A stretch of DNA of 64,000 nt from assembly GCA_964453605.1 (NCBI GenBank), contig CAYVOI010000001.1:548095-612094 (forward strand), given 5' to 3'. The DNA is from an uncultured Gammaproteobacteria bacterium. Lineage in GTDB: Bacteria > Patescibacteriota > Patescibacteriia > Veblenbacterales > UBA10138. The notes beneath the pieces were generated by a model. The model ran no database searches. It was not told where the DNA came from and saw nothing but the letters and a program-made list of their open reading frames with translations. Shown here piece by piece: positions 1 through 9,332 of this stretch. The translations under genes were made by a program, and so were the position numbers. Positions within the stretch are counted from its first letter, which is position 1. Each line of letters begins with the position of its first letter.

Positions 1-571
1 CCTCTTAAAGCAAACCAAACTATCGGAGAGCAAGTTCCAGGCGCTACTGTTCCAAGCAGTACAGGAAGAGGAGGCGGCTAACCGTGACATGACGTTGCTC
101 GAAACGCAGGTGCGAAAAAGACTAAACCTGCTTGGCCCTAGTGGCTTAAGCCAGTTCGGAGACACGAGTTTCAACTGGCCAGTCGACCCCGCCCGTGGCA
201 TCTCAACGTACTTCCACGACCCCGACTACATCTTCCGCAAGTATTTTGAACACCCCGGGGTAGACATTCCCACCCCCCAAGGTACGCCGATTCGCGCGGC
301 CGCCTCGGGCTACGTAGCGCGTGCGAAAGACGCAGGCTTGGGGTACAGCTACATCATGATAGTCCACAAAGGCGGCCTAGCCACGGTCTACGGCCACGTG
401 AACCAAATCAGCGTGCAGGAAGACACCTTTGTAACCCAAGGGCAGATCATCGGCGCCAGTGGGGGACTACCTGGCACACGTGGGGCAGGTCCCTTAACCA
501 CCGGCCCACACCTCCACTTCGAAATCCGCTCCAACGGCATTCCGGTGAACCCACTGGAGTACCTGCCGTAG
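1..571 (+). CDS. Peptidase M23 (LytM-type) family protein, 5'-partial. The reading frame is open from the window edge, so the true start lies upstream of position 1.
   Basis: C-terminal LytM/M23 signature (HPGVDI...GTPIRAAASGYV...GHV...GPHLHFEIRSNGIPVNP). The frame of the listed ORF (89..571) has no stop back to nt 2, and the upstream residues (LLKQTKLSESKFQALLFQAVQEEEAANRD) resemble the coiled-coil N-region of EnvC-like M23 proteins. Confidence 0.8.
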   Translation, partial: LLKQTKLSESKFQALLFQAVQEEEAANRDMTLLETQVRKRLNLLGPSGLSQFGDTSFNWPVDPARGISTYFHDPDYIFRKYFEHPGVDIPTPQGTPIRAAASGYVARAKDAGLGYSYIMIVHKGGLATVYGHVNQISVQEDTFVTQGQIIGASGGLPGTRGAGPLTTGPHLHFEIRSNGIPVNPLEYLP

Positions 572-683
572 TAGCTGTAGAAGTTCAGGTAAGTATTTGA
601 CGTAGCGTAGACGTATGCTAGGTTAGCGTTATATAAAAACAGAAACTAATTAAGGTAAACCAAACAATCACAGGGGTAACGCC

Positions 684-1004
684 ATGAAAAAAGTTTTGCT
701 GGTTATAGAAAATGCCGAACTAGCTGAAGTTTACAAACAGGGTCTGGTGCAACGCGGCCACGAAATAATGGTGGTGGGGGACATCTCAGAAGCAAGCCGC
801 CAGGCGTACCTTGCGTTCAAGCCCGAGGTGATTGTGTTCAATGAGCACAATCCCGACGTCAAAGACCTAACACCACTCGAGCGGATGAATCGCCACAGTG
901 CGTTCGTAAAAGACCACTACGTGAGGGGATTCCCACCTGAGGTGGTCTACATTACCACCGATGTCGACTACGCCACGGTGCTCATCCGCTCGTTCGAAAA
1001 CTGA
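684..1004 (+). CDS. Stand-alone CheY-like receiver (REC) fold protein that lacks the canonical acidic pocket; probable pseudo-receiver.
   Basis: MKKVLLVIENAELAE...EVIVFNEH...VVYITTD follows the REC beta-alpha layout. The usual DD pair is replaced by EN and the phospho-acceptor Asp position reads N/E. There is no output domain. Confidence 0.45.
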   Translation: MKKVLLVIENAELAEVYKQGLVQRGHEIMVVGDISEASRQAYLAFKPEVIVFNEHNPDVKDLTPLERMNRHSAFVKDHYVRGFPPEVVYITTDVDYATVLIRSFEN

Positions 1005-1022
1005 AGTAAAATCATTTCAACG

Positions 1023-1052
1023 ATAAGCCATTTCTATATAGAAATGGCTTAT
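1023..1052. terminator. Perfect 30-nt palindrome/hairpin between convergent genes (bidirectional intrinsic terminator candidate).
   Basis: ataagccatttctat|atagaaatggcttat is a perfect 15+15 inverted repeat. It lies between the stop of 684..1004 (+) and the stop of 1065..2024 (-) and is flanked by T/A-rich sequence. Confidence 0.55.
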
Positions 1053-1064
1053 CTTCGTTGGTTC

Positions 1065-2024
1065 TTATGACTTTAGAGGGTGGAACTTCTTGTGTGTGCT
1101 CTCGGCGTACTTGTCGGAGGCGTGCACATAACGTGTGGTAGTGTCTAGCGACTCGTGCCCCAGGAGTACCTGAATAGCCGCCGGGTTGGCGCCACTCTCC
1201 GCCAGGTAGGTGGCAAAACCGTGCCTTAGGCTGTGAGCTGAAGTGGGCACGTTTATCTGCAAGCGCTCGCGGTAGCGTTTTATTTTCATTTGTAAATAAT
1301 TGGTAGAAATGCGCTTGCTTACCTTGCCGGCATTTTCACCGCGGTAGGGGATAAAGAGAGCCGGGAGTTCATCGTTCCTAAACTTCAGGTAGTTCGTCAC
1401 GTGTTTATGGGCGCGTGGTGTCAGGTACACAAATCGCTCTTTCTTACCCTTACCCATAATGAATATGCGCCCGGTGGCGTCTATTTGGCTGCGGTTTAAG
1501 CTCACGAGCTCCGAAATACGCATACCAGTGGCAAATAGCACCTCCAGCATAGCGCGGTTCCTGAGCACTACTGATTTATTTTTCTCAAGTGCATTCGGTG
1601 ATTCAATCAAACGGACGAGCTCTAACAGCTCAGCCACCTGCGGGTGCTTTTTCTCGGTCTTCACTAGCTTCACTGCTTCAGGCGGTAGGGGAGTGGTGTA
1701 GTCCATGGCAATAAGGTACCTAAGGTATGCCCTAAAGCTCGACAGCATGCGGTTAATCGAGTAACTCTTGAGGCGTTTTTCGGCGTGCTGGTTAGCACCC
1801 GTGCGGCGGTCTATAGACGTGAGGTAAGCTTTATATCGCTCGATGGCCTTTTTGTCTACCTTCGTAAAGGGGAGCTTGAGCTCGACTAAAAACTGCTGGA
1901 ACACCTGCAGGTCTCGCTCGTAGTTATAAATGGTCTCCGGCGAGTAGTTATTGGTCTGCAGTGAGAGCAAGAAGTCATCTAGGTGGGGGAGCTCTACGGT
2001 AGAACTGATTTTAGCTTTGGCCAT
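1065..2024 (-). CDS. Tyrosine site-specific recombinase, XerC/XerD (phage integrase) family.
   Basis: C-terminal catalytic motifs HSLRHGFATYLAESGANPAAIQVLLGHESLDTTTRYVH (the R..H..R..Y tetrad) and an N-terminal core-binding domain (SPETIYNYERDLQVFQQFL). Confidence 0.85.
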   Translation of the reverse strand: MAKAKISSTVELPHLDDFLLSLQTNNYSPETIYNYERDLQVFQQFLVELKLPFTKVDKKAIERYKAYLTSIDRRTGANQHAEKRLKSYSINRMLSSFRAYLRYLIAMDYTTPLPPEAVKLVKTEKKHPQVAELLELVRLIESPNALEKNKSVVLRNRAMLEVLFATGMRISELVSLNRSQIDATGRIFIMGKGKKERFVYLTPRAHKHVTNYLKFRNDELPALFIPYRGENAGKVSKRISTNYLQMKIKRYRERLQINVPTSAHSLRHGFATYLAESGANPAAIQVLLGHESLDTTTRYVHASDKYAESTHKKFHPLKS

Positions 2025-2280
2025 ATGCTGATGTGTTTTAACTGAGTGTAAGGGATATTATACTCAGTTTATCATATAGTAGAAATGCAGGCAACTAGGG
2101 CTACACGTAACCCTCTATCCTTTAAAGAAGGTGCGATCAATAAAATCCGCCTATACAAACGAAGTACACTATAACTTCTAGCATTCCTTGGCGTGTAGAC
2201 AACTGTAGCTCTGGTGGGGTAGTACTCTGGTCTGTACCATACAAATTTGCTCATAGCCGCCACTCCCCTGCTACCTTCAT

Positions 2281-2313
2281 ATAACAAAACACCCCCTGAG
2301 ACTCAGGGGGTGT
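2281..2313 (-). terminator. Rho-independent terminator downstream of the small RGG/zinc-ribbon gene.
   Basis: Minus-strand reading is acaccccctgag-t-ctcagggggtgt (12-bp GC-rich stem) followed by TTTTGTTAT. It sits just past the stop codon at 2325. Confidence 0.6.
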
Positions 2314-2324
2314 TTGAGGTAGCA

Positions 2325-2558
2325 CTAGTAACGAGGCGGACGGCTCTTGCGTAGGCAGTCGCGACAGCGAATGGTGTTGAGTCTGGCTGGGTCAGGTTGG
2401 AACGGCAGCTGCGTGATAGCTACACCGCAGTCAGCGCACTTGATGTTCATGGCAGACACATCAATGAGCTGGCGAGGTGCGCGGTTGAAGCCACCGCCAA
2501 AGCCGCCACGGTTACCACCTTGGTAACCACCGCGGGAATTATCGTCTTGGTAGGTCAT
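2325..2558 (-). CDS. Small RGG-box protein with a C-terminal C4 zinc ribbon (putative nucleic-acid binding).
   Basis: N-terminus is rich in RGG/GGF repeats (SRGGYQGGNRGGFGGGFNR). C-terminus reads CADCG...LPFQPD...IRCRDC, a CxxC-x17-CxxC ribbon. The same ribbon/LPFxPD motif recurs at the C-terminus of the ATPase at 58779..60689. Confidence 0.55.
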   Translation of the reverse strand: MTYQDDNSRGGYQGGNRGGFGGGFNRAPRQLIDVSAMNIKCADCGVAITQLPFQPDPARLNTIRCRDCLRKSRPPRY

Positions 2559-2689
2559 GGAGCGAAGTACACCCCCTTTCTGAGTTGGCTATTAGGACGA
2601 ACTTTCGCTTTATGACCTACGTGTTGGGTAAGCGTTTGACGAAACTCTATCCTAACTTGACTCTAGTATAGCATGGGCACCGTAGTCCG

Positions 2690-3949
2690 TCAATACACAG
2701 CGGGCGAGGTCAACTTCTCAAACACCTGCTTGAGCATGGTATCAACTCGGATAGTCCAGGTGTGTGCTTTAACAAACTCCTGACGCTTAACTACATCGGC
2801 CTGGCTCGTTTCTCCGAGCGCGGTTAGTACCTCATGGTTAAACTGCGCTGGTGTGGGGCCTACGTGAACGAACGAGCTAAACTCCTCTAGCCCAAGCAGT
2901 GACGTGGTAACAACCGGCTTGCCGAGGCTCAGGTACTCGTAGAGCTTTAGCGGGTTGGTGTGCCGATTAAACTCGTTCTGCAGGTGCGGAATAATGGCGA
3001 CGTTGAACTCACGCATATAGGCTAAAGCCTCGCGGAACGGTTTACGGCCAAGGAAGTGAATATTAGGCAGTGGCGGTATGGTAGCCCCGGCCTTATGACT
3101 AAGGCTTGGCCAAGTGAGGCCAGTAGCACCCACAATGGCAATGGATTTCGTAGGGTTTTGCTGAGCGAGATAAGAAAGCAGTTGGGTGTCGATGCGGTCT
3201 TTCTGTGGTGTGCCGACGTAGCCAATAATAGGACGCGGTAAGCTAGCGATATCGGTGCCGACAACCTTCGGTGCCTGGGCCACGTGCTCCAGGCTTACGC
3301 CGTTCGGTACAAAGGTGCAATGTGGTCGATCGAAAAAAGTTACCAGGTCAGACGAGGTGGTAAAAATAAAGTTGGCACGCTGACGTATAGTCTCGTAGTT
3401 CAGCTTCAGGCGGTCTCTGACCTTCTGGTAGCTCGAGTGCTCAAGCCAGTTATCAACTGCGTCAAACACTGAGGTGCGCTCACTAAACTGCCCAAAATAG
3501 CCTACAAAGGTCGGCAGGTACGACCACAGCACAAGGTTCTTGCAATCAAGCCGCTCGAGCTCACGGTGCAAGCGCCGATAAACAAGCGCTTCCGACCAGA
3601 CTGAGCTGACATCTGAGTACACAAAGAGCTTATAGGGCACACTCCCCTGCTCCACCCCTGGTAAACGGTAGCCAGTACGCTCGAGTTCGGCTTCGCGCAC
3701 CGCTACGAAGCGATGGGTTAGGCTCTGGGACACTACTTTTCCACCTACGCCACCGACCACGTTCTGCAGCCACTGCCTGAGGGCCCGCTTCCAGGTGAAC
3801 GGCAGGTACTCAACGTAGACCACCTTACGCACCCGCTCGTCTTGGAGCAGGGTGTGGAGCACGTGAAAGTTACGGTTGGCAATACCAGCCTGCCACTCCG
3901 TGTAGCAGGACATGCCAAACATCACGATGTCGATTTTTTCAGTTGCCAT
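2690..3949 (-). CDS. Glycosyltransferase, GT-B fold (family GT4/GT1-like).
   Basis: C-terminal nucleotide-sugar binding region with the EF...KLYEYLSLGKPVVTT motif typical of Glycos_transf_1. It overlaps the downstream glycosyltransferase by 11 nt. Confidence 0.75.
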   Translation of the reverse strand: MATEKIDIVMFGMSCYTEWQAGIANRNFHVLHTLLQDERVRKVVYVEYLPFTWKRALRQWLQNVVGGVGGKVVSQSLTHRFVAVREAELERTGYRLPGVEQGSVPYKLFVYSDVSSVWSEALVYRRLHRELERLDCKNLVLWSYLPTFVGYFGQFSERTSVFDAVDNWLEHSSYQKVRDRLKLNYETIRQRANFIFTTSSDLVTFFDRPHCTFVPNGVSLEHVAQAPKVVGTDIASLPRPIIGYVGTPQKDRIDTQLLSYLAQQNPTKSIAIVGATGLTWPSLSHKAGATIPPLPNIHFLGRKPFREALAYMREFNVAIIPHLQNEFNRHTNPLKLYEYLSLGKPVVTTSLLGLEEFSSFVHVGPTPAQFNHEVLTALGETSQADVVKRQEFVKAHTWTIRVDTMLKQVFEKLTSPAVY

Positions 3950-5018
3950 AGAGGAAACGCCTTAAAGCAGCGACTTGAGCAGCTGGCGTAAACTGTGTAA
4001 CGCGCTTTTGACCTATAGCCCCGAGTCGCACCCGCTCAGCTTGGTCCCGGAGGAGCCTACCACAGGCGGCTAGAAGCTCCTGGTCTGTCTGTACTAGCAC
4101 GCCACCCTCCCCTACCGCCTCCGGCACGCCCGCCACCCGAGTTGCTACCACTGGCTTGCCAGCTGCCTGAGCCTCAAGGTACGCAATACCAAAACCCTCC
4201 ACATCAACAGGGTCAGGCTCAGGTGTCAGCACAAACACATCACAGAGCAAGTACCAGGCGGCCAGCGCTTGGTCATCCGCCCCACCAACAAAAACTACGG
4301 GTAAGTTTTGTTGAACGGCCAACTGCTTGAGTCTCTCGCCTTCGGGACCGCTGCCTACCACCACGTAAGCAAGGTTCGGAAACTCTTGCCCAAGCTGGGG
4401 TAGTATGGAGAGCACGCGCTCAATCCCCTTACGTTGAACTAGCCGCGCCACTGTCAGCAGGACCAACTTACCTTCAAGCCGATGCCTACGCCGTAGCTCA
4501 TCTAGTGCTTCGGGTGAAACTGCCATAGGTAAATCAAGCGATGGGTAGACTACAGCTGTGTGCTGTGGGGTGGCTCCTGCAGTTTCGGCCAATGACTTGG
4601 TGAATTCACTATTAGCTACCACAAACTTAGCGCGGCGGAGAACCTGCTTGGCCAGAAACTTTTTCCAAGCATTACGCTGGCTGAGTGTCACGTCGAGCCC
4701 GTGGACAAAAACCACGTACGCTTGCCCACGTAGCAAATGTAACAGCCAGAGCGCCGTACCAATAGGCAGCAGCTGCCCAGCGGCCACTACATCAGTCCCG
4801 AATTGCCGTTGCCACTTCGGCACACGCCAAAGTAGCGGCAGCCACCGTGGCCAGAACGGCCAGTCCCAACGCGTGCGCTCAACTTGTGGCGAGGCTACAC
4901 CCGCTACCGACGTTACCACCACCATGGTAGGGAGCCCCCGTACCAGACTGCCATAGTAGCGCGCTACCCCTCCCGTCGCAGGTAAAAAATCACTCGTAAT
5001 GAGCAACAGCCGCTCCAT
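3939..5018 (-). CDS. Glycosyltransferase family 4 (Glycos_transf_1).
   Basis: E-x7-E motif region EGFGIAYLEAQAAGKPVVATRVAGVPE and a GT-B N-domain. Confidence 0.8.
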   Translation of the reverse strand: MERLLLITSDFLPATGGVARYYGSLVRGLPTMVVVTSVAGVASPQVERTRWDWPFWPRWLPLLWRVPKWQRQFGTDVVAAGQLLPIGTALWLLHLLRGQAYVVFVHGLDVTLSQRNAWKKFLAKQVLRRAKFVVANSEFTKSLAETAGATPQHTAVVYPSLDLPMAVSPEALDELRRRHRLEGKLVLLTVARLVQRKGIERVLSILPQLGQEFPNLAYVVVGSGPEGERLKQLAVQQNLPVVFVGGADDQALAAWYLLCDVFVLTPEPDPVDVEGFGIAYLEAQAAGKPVVATRVAGVPEAVGEGGVLVQTDQELLAACGRLLRDQAERVRLGAIGQKRVTQFTPAAQVAALRRFLYGN

Positions 5019-5021
5019 AGC

Positions 5022-6473
5022 TTACGTCTGACCTTCACGGCCAGGCTTGAGTACCTGCACTAAACTTACAACCTCCTCCCAGCGTATAGCTTTAAGCACT
5101 AAAACCGCGGCTGTATACACCACTACCCCGAGCGGCAGCAGCACTATGAGGTGTAGGCTACTTTTGGTTGCAACAAGCACAAGTACCATACAGAGCCCAG
5201 CGGCGGCAATACGCGCGAGACGCCCCGCCAGCCAGGCTTTAGGGTACATAATCAGCTTACGTACCACGGCCCACCCCAAGGTCAGCAACACAAGCGTACT
5301 ACAGAACGACGCCAGTGCGGCGCCGGTTGGGCCAGCTATAGGGATAAGCAGGAGGTTCAGCACTATACTGACTGCTGTTGCTAGTGCAATATTAGCCGTA
5401 TTGCGCTCTTGTCGGTTACACCCGGCGAGTAAGCTCCCCACGGGAAAGGTAAGGAACAGGAACATAAGGCTAAACATTAAAATCTGGAGTGGGACGATTG
5501 CCTCAGTGTAGGCGGGATAGAGCGCGCGAACCAGCTCAGGTGCGAGCACCACAGCGCCAAAACTAATCGGCACCGCGATAGCACTCAGGTACACGACCGC
5601 ACGGGTAAACGTGCTTCCCAACTTTTCCGGCGCCTGCCTAAAGTAAGCGCTAAACCCTGGGAGGAGCGAGGCGGAGAAAGCGGTGGGGATGAACTGGAGT
5701 GCGAACGTAACTTTATAGGCCACGCTGTAGAGCCCAACTGCCCGGTCACCCGACATCACCGAGAGCAACACGGTATCGATGTAGCCGTAGATGCGGAGGA
5801 GCACAGCGGCCAGAGCAAACGGCCAGGCCATGGTAAAGAGCTCGCGTAACCCCCCAAGCTGAAACAGGGGCTTAAGGCGAACAGCAAAACGAAGCCGGAG
5901 CTGCAGTAAAGCGTACAGGCCGTGCACGAGCACCCCAAACACCAACGCCCCCATAAACCACCTAAGGTCATGGGTGAAGCGGGAAACCGTGAACCCGGCC
6001 GCGGCCACCACGAGCTGCAATAGTATCGCCCCAATGCTCTCCCAGGTGAGGGTGTGAAACCCGCGGATAGTAGCGTACGTTGAAAGGATAAACGAATCTA
6101 CCACCATGACCACACTGGCTAGGTAAACCAGCTGACGCGTGAGGGCAGGGTACCCTAAGGCGTGTGCCACCAGAACCACCACGGCTATAGCAACAGCGCC
6201 CATAGCAACCTTAAACCCAAACACCAACCGCACGTAGCGCTCCGCCACGGCCGGCTGGCGCGCTACCTCACGGGTGAGCACCGAGGAAAGTCCAAGGTCC
6301 AAGAGTACTGAAAAAATCGTGGTGAGCGACAGCGCCACCACGTACTTCCCCACCGACTCTGGCCCCAGAGCTCTCGCTAGAAAGGTGAAATACAAAAACG
6401 AGATCACCTTTTGGGCGACCAGGGCGAAGGTAAAGTAGCTCGTATTACGAGTAAGCGTAGCCTCAGCCGGCAT
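5022..6473 (-). CDS. Polysaccharide/oligosaccharide flippase, MOP superfamily (Wzx-like polysaccharide biosynthesis protein).
   Basis: About 12-14 predicted TM helices and the characteristic N-terminal Polysacc_synt region. It is co-linear with the two glycosyltransferases. Confidence 0.75.
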   Translation of the reverse strand: MPAEATLTRNTSYFTFALVAQKVISFLYFTFLARALGPESVGKYVVALSLTTIFSVLLDLGLSSVLTREVARQPAVAERYVRLVFGFKVAMGAVAIAVVVLVAHALGYPALTRQLVYLASVVMVVDSFILSTYATIRGFHTLTWESIGAILLQLVVAAAGFTVSRFTHDLRWFMGALVFGVLVHGLYALLQLRLRFAVRLKPLFQLGGLRELFTMAWPFALAAVLLRIYGYIDTVLLSVMSGDRAVGLYSVAYKVTFALQFIPTAFSASLLPGFSAYFRQAPEKLGSTFTRAVVYLSAIAVPISFGAVVLAPELVRALYPAYTEAIVPLQILMFSLMFLFLTFPVGSLLAGCNRQERNTANIALATAVSIVLNLLLIPIAGPTGAALASFCSTLVLLTLGWAVVRKLIMYPKAWLAGRLARIAAAGLCMVLVLVATKSSLHLIVLLPLGVVVYTAAVLVLKAIRWEEVVSLVQVLKPGREGQT

Positions 6474-6921
6474 GGCCTCAGTATAGCCTATGACCTAACT
6501 AAAGGTAAGCGCCTAGAGTACCCCAAAGCCAAAATACCTAAATAACTTTAGGTATTTCAGGGTTACCACCTCATTGCGCCCGAGAGTGCAAGCGCTGACC
6601 AGGCGCAGAGTATGGGGAGTATGGTTGAAATTGAAACGGGTAAGCCCGTATACGTAACCCCCTCTCCCCCACCAGAGCCAACCAACACTTACACTAGCCG
6701 CCAGGCGGTGAACGCTGGTGGCTCAAAACCTGTTGGTAAGCGGGGCGGTACAGCCACCCCGCTCGAGGTGACCTGAGCACGACTACGCCCATATGAGGGT
6801 ATCGTGGTTAAGGGTAAGCCAGAGTAATCGGGTGGTGTTCTCCGCCACACAGTTCGTCCCGCCCCAAGCTACCACACCAAGTACCTAGGATGTGCCTTTG
6901 CTATGAACGCACCGTGAAGCC

Positions 6922-7962
6922 TTAGGTAGCAGTGCGCTGTTTCACTGCTGGAAGCTCCAACCTAACGTTGGTACCCTTCCCCGGCTCACTGTCAACGCGT
7001 ATTCTGCCTGCGTGGCGTTTGATAATTTCGCGCACAATCGCTAACCCCAGACCAGAGCCGGCACCCTGCCGGTTGGCGCTGGCTTTGTAGAAACGGTCAA
7101 AAATGTGGGGCAGGTCGTGCTGGGCAATACCCGCACCACTATCAGCCACGGTGAGCACCGTGGTAGACTGCTGCCGCACCAGCGTAACGCTCACCGTACC
7201 ACCCGGGGGAGTGTGGTCGATAGCGTTGCTTAGCACGTTCATAAGCATGCGCTCCAGAGCGCTGCCGTTACCCATAACCACACAAGGATCAAGTGTGCGC
7301 AGCTGCAAGGTTACCTCCTCATCGGCCGCCAGCTGCCGCAGCTTAGTGGTAACGTGGTAGATGAGCTCAACCATATCAGTTTCAGCAAATACCAGCTGGA
7401 GCTTGGGGTTATCGAGCCGAGCCAGGGAGAGGAGATCTTCTATAATCTTGGTCATCCGCTCAACCTCTTGTAGGTTACTCCGCAACGCAGCACGGAGCTC
7501 TTCGGGGTTATCAGTTTGCTGGCGCAAGCCGAGTTCAATATCAGTTTTCATGATGCTCAAGGGCGTACGCAGGTCGTGCGCCGCGTCAGCCGTGAACTGT
7601 CGGCGGGCGCGCATGGCTTTCTCGACTGGTCGCTGAATAACACCGCCGAAGATGTAGGCTAACGTCCCCACCAACAGAAACAGCCATAGCCCAAACATGA
7701 GCTGGGTGTGGTCGAGGCTGGCGCGCAGCTCAAGCAGCGTAAGCTCGCGTACCGCCAGATCAAGCCGCAGCTGACTGAGGCTATGCGCAATCTGCTGATC
7801 ACGTACGTAGGCAAACAAGCGATCCGTAACCAGGATGCTCAGACACAGGACGCCTATGGTGAACAGAAAAAACTTAAGACGGACGTTCGAAAAAAACTTA
7901 ACCCCTAATTCGGTAGCCAACGCCCCGTATCGTCTCCAAGAGTTTTTCATGGGTAGAGTCAT
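6922..7962 (-). CDS. Two-component sensor histidine kinase (HisKA + HATPase_c) with a membrane-anchored N-terminus.
   Basis: H-box AAHDLRTPLS, N/G1/G2 boxes (NAIDHT...DSGAGIAQHDLPHIFDRFYKA...GSGLGLAIV) and two N-terminal TM segments. The annotated start overlaps the upstream regulator by 65 nt, so the true start may be an internal codon. Confidence 0.85.
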   Translation of the reverse strand: MTLPMKNSWRRYGALATELGVKFFSNVRLKFFLFTIGVLCLSILVTDRLFAYVRDQQIAHSLSQLRLDLAVRELTLLELRASLDHTQLMFGLWLFLLVGTLAYIFGGVIQRPVEKAMRARRQFTADAAHDLRTPLSIMKTDIELGLRQQTDNPEELRAALRSNLQEVERMTKIIEDLLSLARLDNPKLQLVFAETDMVELIYHVTTKLRQLAADEEVTLQLRTLDPCVVMGNGSALERMLMNVLSNAIDHTPPGGTVSVTLVRQQSTTVLTVADSGAGIAQHDLPHIFDRFYKASANRQGAGSGLGLAIVREIIKRHAGRIRVDSEPGKGTNVRLELPAVKQRTAT

Positions 7963-8572
7963 CTACCTTCTTACGCAGGTTCTTGATATGGACGTCCACC
8001 ACGTTGCTGAACGAATCAGCCGCAAAGTCCCAGACGTGGGCAAAAATCTGTTCCCGGTTTACCACCCAGTCTTTATTTAACATCAGGTACTCAAGGAGTG
8101 CAAACTCTTTGAGGGTCAAAGAAATTTCATGATTCCCCCGCCGGACTGCTCTAGTAGTTGGATCCAGCACCAGGTCCTTAGCCCGTAGTTCCTGCGGTAG
8201 CGACGCGCGCGGACGTCGGAGCAGTGCGTGTACCCGCGCCAGGAGCTCGCTAAACGAAAACGGTTTGACCAGGTAGTCGTCGGCGCCATGGCTCAAGCCT
8301 TCAATAATATCTTCAGTGCTATCGCGCGCGGTCAGTACTAGTATGGGTGTAAAAATGTTATTCCGCCGGAGATCACGGCAGATGGCTACACCATCTTTAC
8401 CAGGCAACATGAGGTCTAAGATCACCAGGTCGTAGTCCGCATGGTTAAGCTCCAGACGACGATATCCGGTGGTGCCGTCGAGCAAAAAGTCAACCGCAAA
8501 GCCTTCTTGCTCCAAGCCTTTCTTCAAGGATCGCGCTAGCTTTTCTTCATCCTCAATAATAAGAATTCTCAT
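7898..8572 (-). CDS. OmpR/PhoB-family response regulator (REC + winged-helix Trans_reg_C).
   Basis: MRILIIEDEEKLARSLK...DLVILDLMLPGKDG...VLTAR together with a C-terminal wHTH (LTLKEFALLEYLMLNKDWVVNREQI...GVGYRI). Confidence 0.9.
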   Translation of the reverse strand: MRILIIEDEEKLARSLKKGLEQEGFAVDFLLDGTTGYRRLELNHADYDLVILDLMLPGKDGVAICRDLRRNNIFTPILVLTARDSTEDIIEGLSHGADDYLVKPFSFSELLARVHALLRRPRASLPQELRAKDLVLDPTTRAVRRGNHEISLTLKEFALLEYLMLNKDWVVNREQIFAHVWDFAADSFSNVVDVHIKNLRKKVDDSTHEKLLETIRGVGYRIRG

Positions 8573-8774
8573 AGGCGGGGGCTCTAACCTTAAGGAGTAG
8601 GTAGCATCCTGCTAGGCTATGAAGTCTTCATGAAGAACCTTATAGTCCCAGTATATACCTAAAAACGTTACGGCAAACCAGGGAGTTTCATGAATAAGCG
8701 GCCCTACCGCTAACCTTAGGGCTTTTTCAAATCTAAAAGCACCCAGGGCTCTCCCCGAGTGCTTGAACATCTTG

Positions 8775-9329
8775 CTAGCGCTTGCTGAACTGTGGTGCGC
8801 GGCGAGCTTTCTTGAGGCCGTACTTTTTGCGCTCTTTAACCCGTGAATCGCGTGTTAAGAAACCTGCGGTCCGGAGATTTTTACGGAGTTCAGCGTCAAG
8901 CTGGAGTATGGCCCGAGCTATACCGTGGCGTACGGCTACGGCCTGGCCGCTCTTGCCACCACCCTGCACCATAACGCGAACATCAACCTTACCCTCAAGC
9001 CCCGTGACCTTGAGAGGATCGAGCACTACCTGCTGGTAGTCAGCCGTTGGGAAGTACTTCTGTAGGTCAAGGTTATTCACCACGACCTGGCCCTGACCTT
9101 TGGGGAACAGGCGCACGCGGGCAATAGCAGACTTACGACGACCAACGGAATGTAAAAAGTCGTAAGAGTGCTTAGCTGCAGCTGCGGGCGCAGCATGACG
9201 AACGTGTGCTGGGGCACTAGGTACCACAGCCTTTTCGGCAGTCACTTTCTTAACGGGGTGAGCAGCAGCCTTCACAGGACGCTTGGGCTGCGGCTTGGTA
9301 GCTAACGGTTTCTTAGCAGTACTCGGCAT
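8775..9329 (-). CDS. rpsI: 30S ribosomal protein S9 with a ~55-aa Lys/Ala/Pro-rich N-terminal extension.
   Basis: [12 protein letters not shown]...[20 protein letters not shown]...[12 protein letters not shown], the classic S9 core and C-terminal tail. Confidence 0.9.
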   Translation of the reverse strand: MPSTAKKPLATKPQPKRPVKAAAHPVKKVTAEKAVVPSAPAHVRHAAPAAAAKHSYDFLHSVGRRKSAIARVRLFPKGQGQVVVNNLDLQKYFPTADYQQVVLDPLKVTGLEGKVDVRVMVQGGGKSGQAVAVRHGIARAILQLDAELRKNLRTAGFLTRDSRVKERKKYGLKKARRAPQFSKR

Positions 9330-9332
9330 AGG

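Noticed and set aside
2072-2287. 71-aa ORF on the minus strand in the Xer upstream region.
   Set aside because: It overlaps the terminator hairpin and promoter region, has no RBS or homology, and has an atypical composition. It is likely non-coding.
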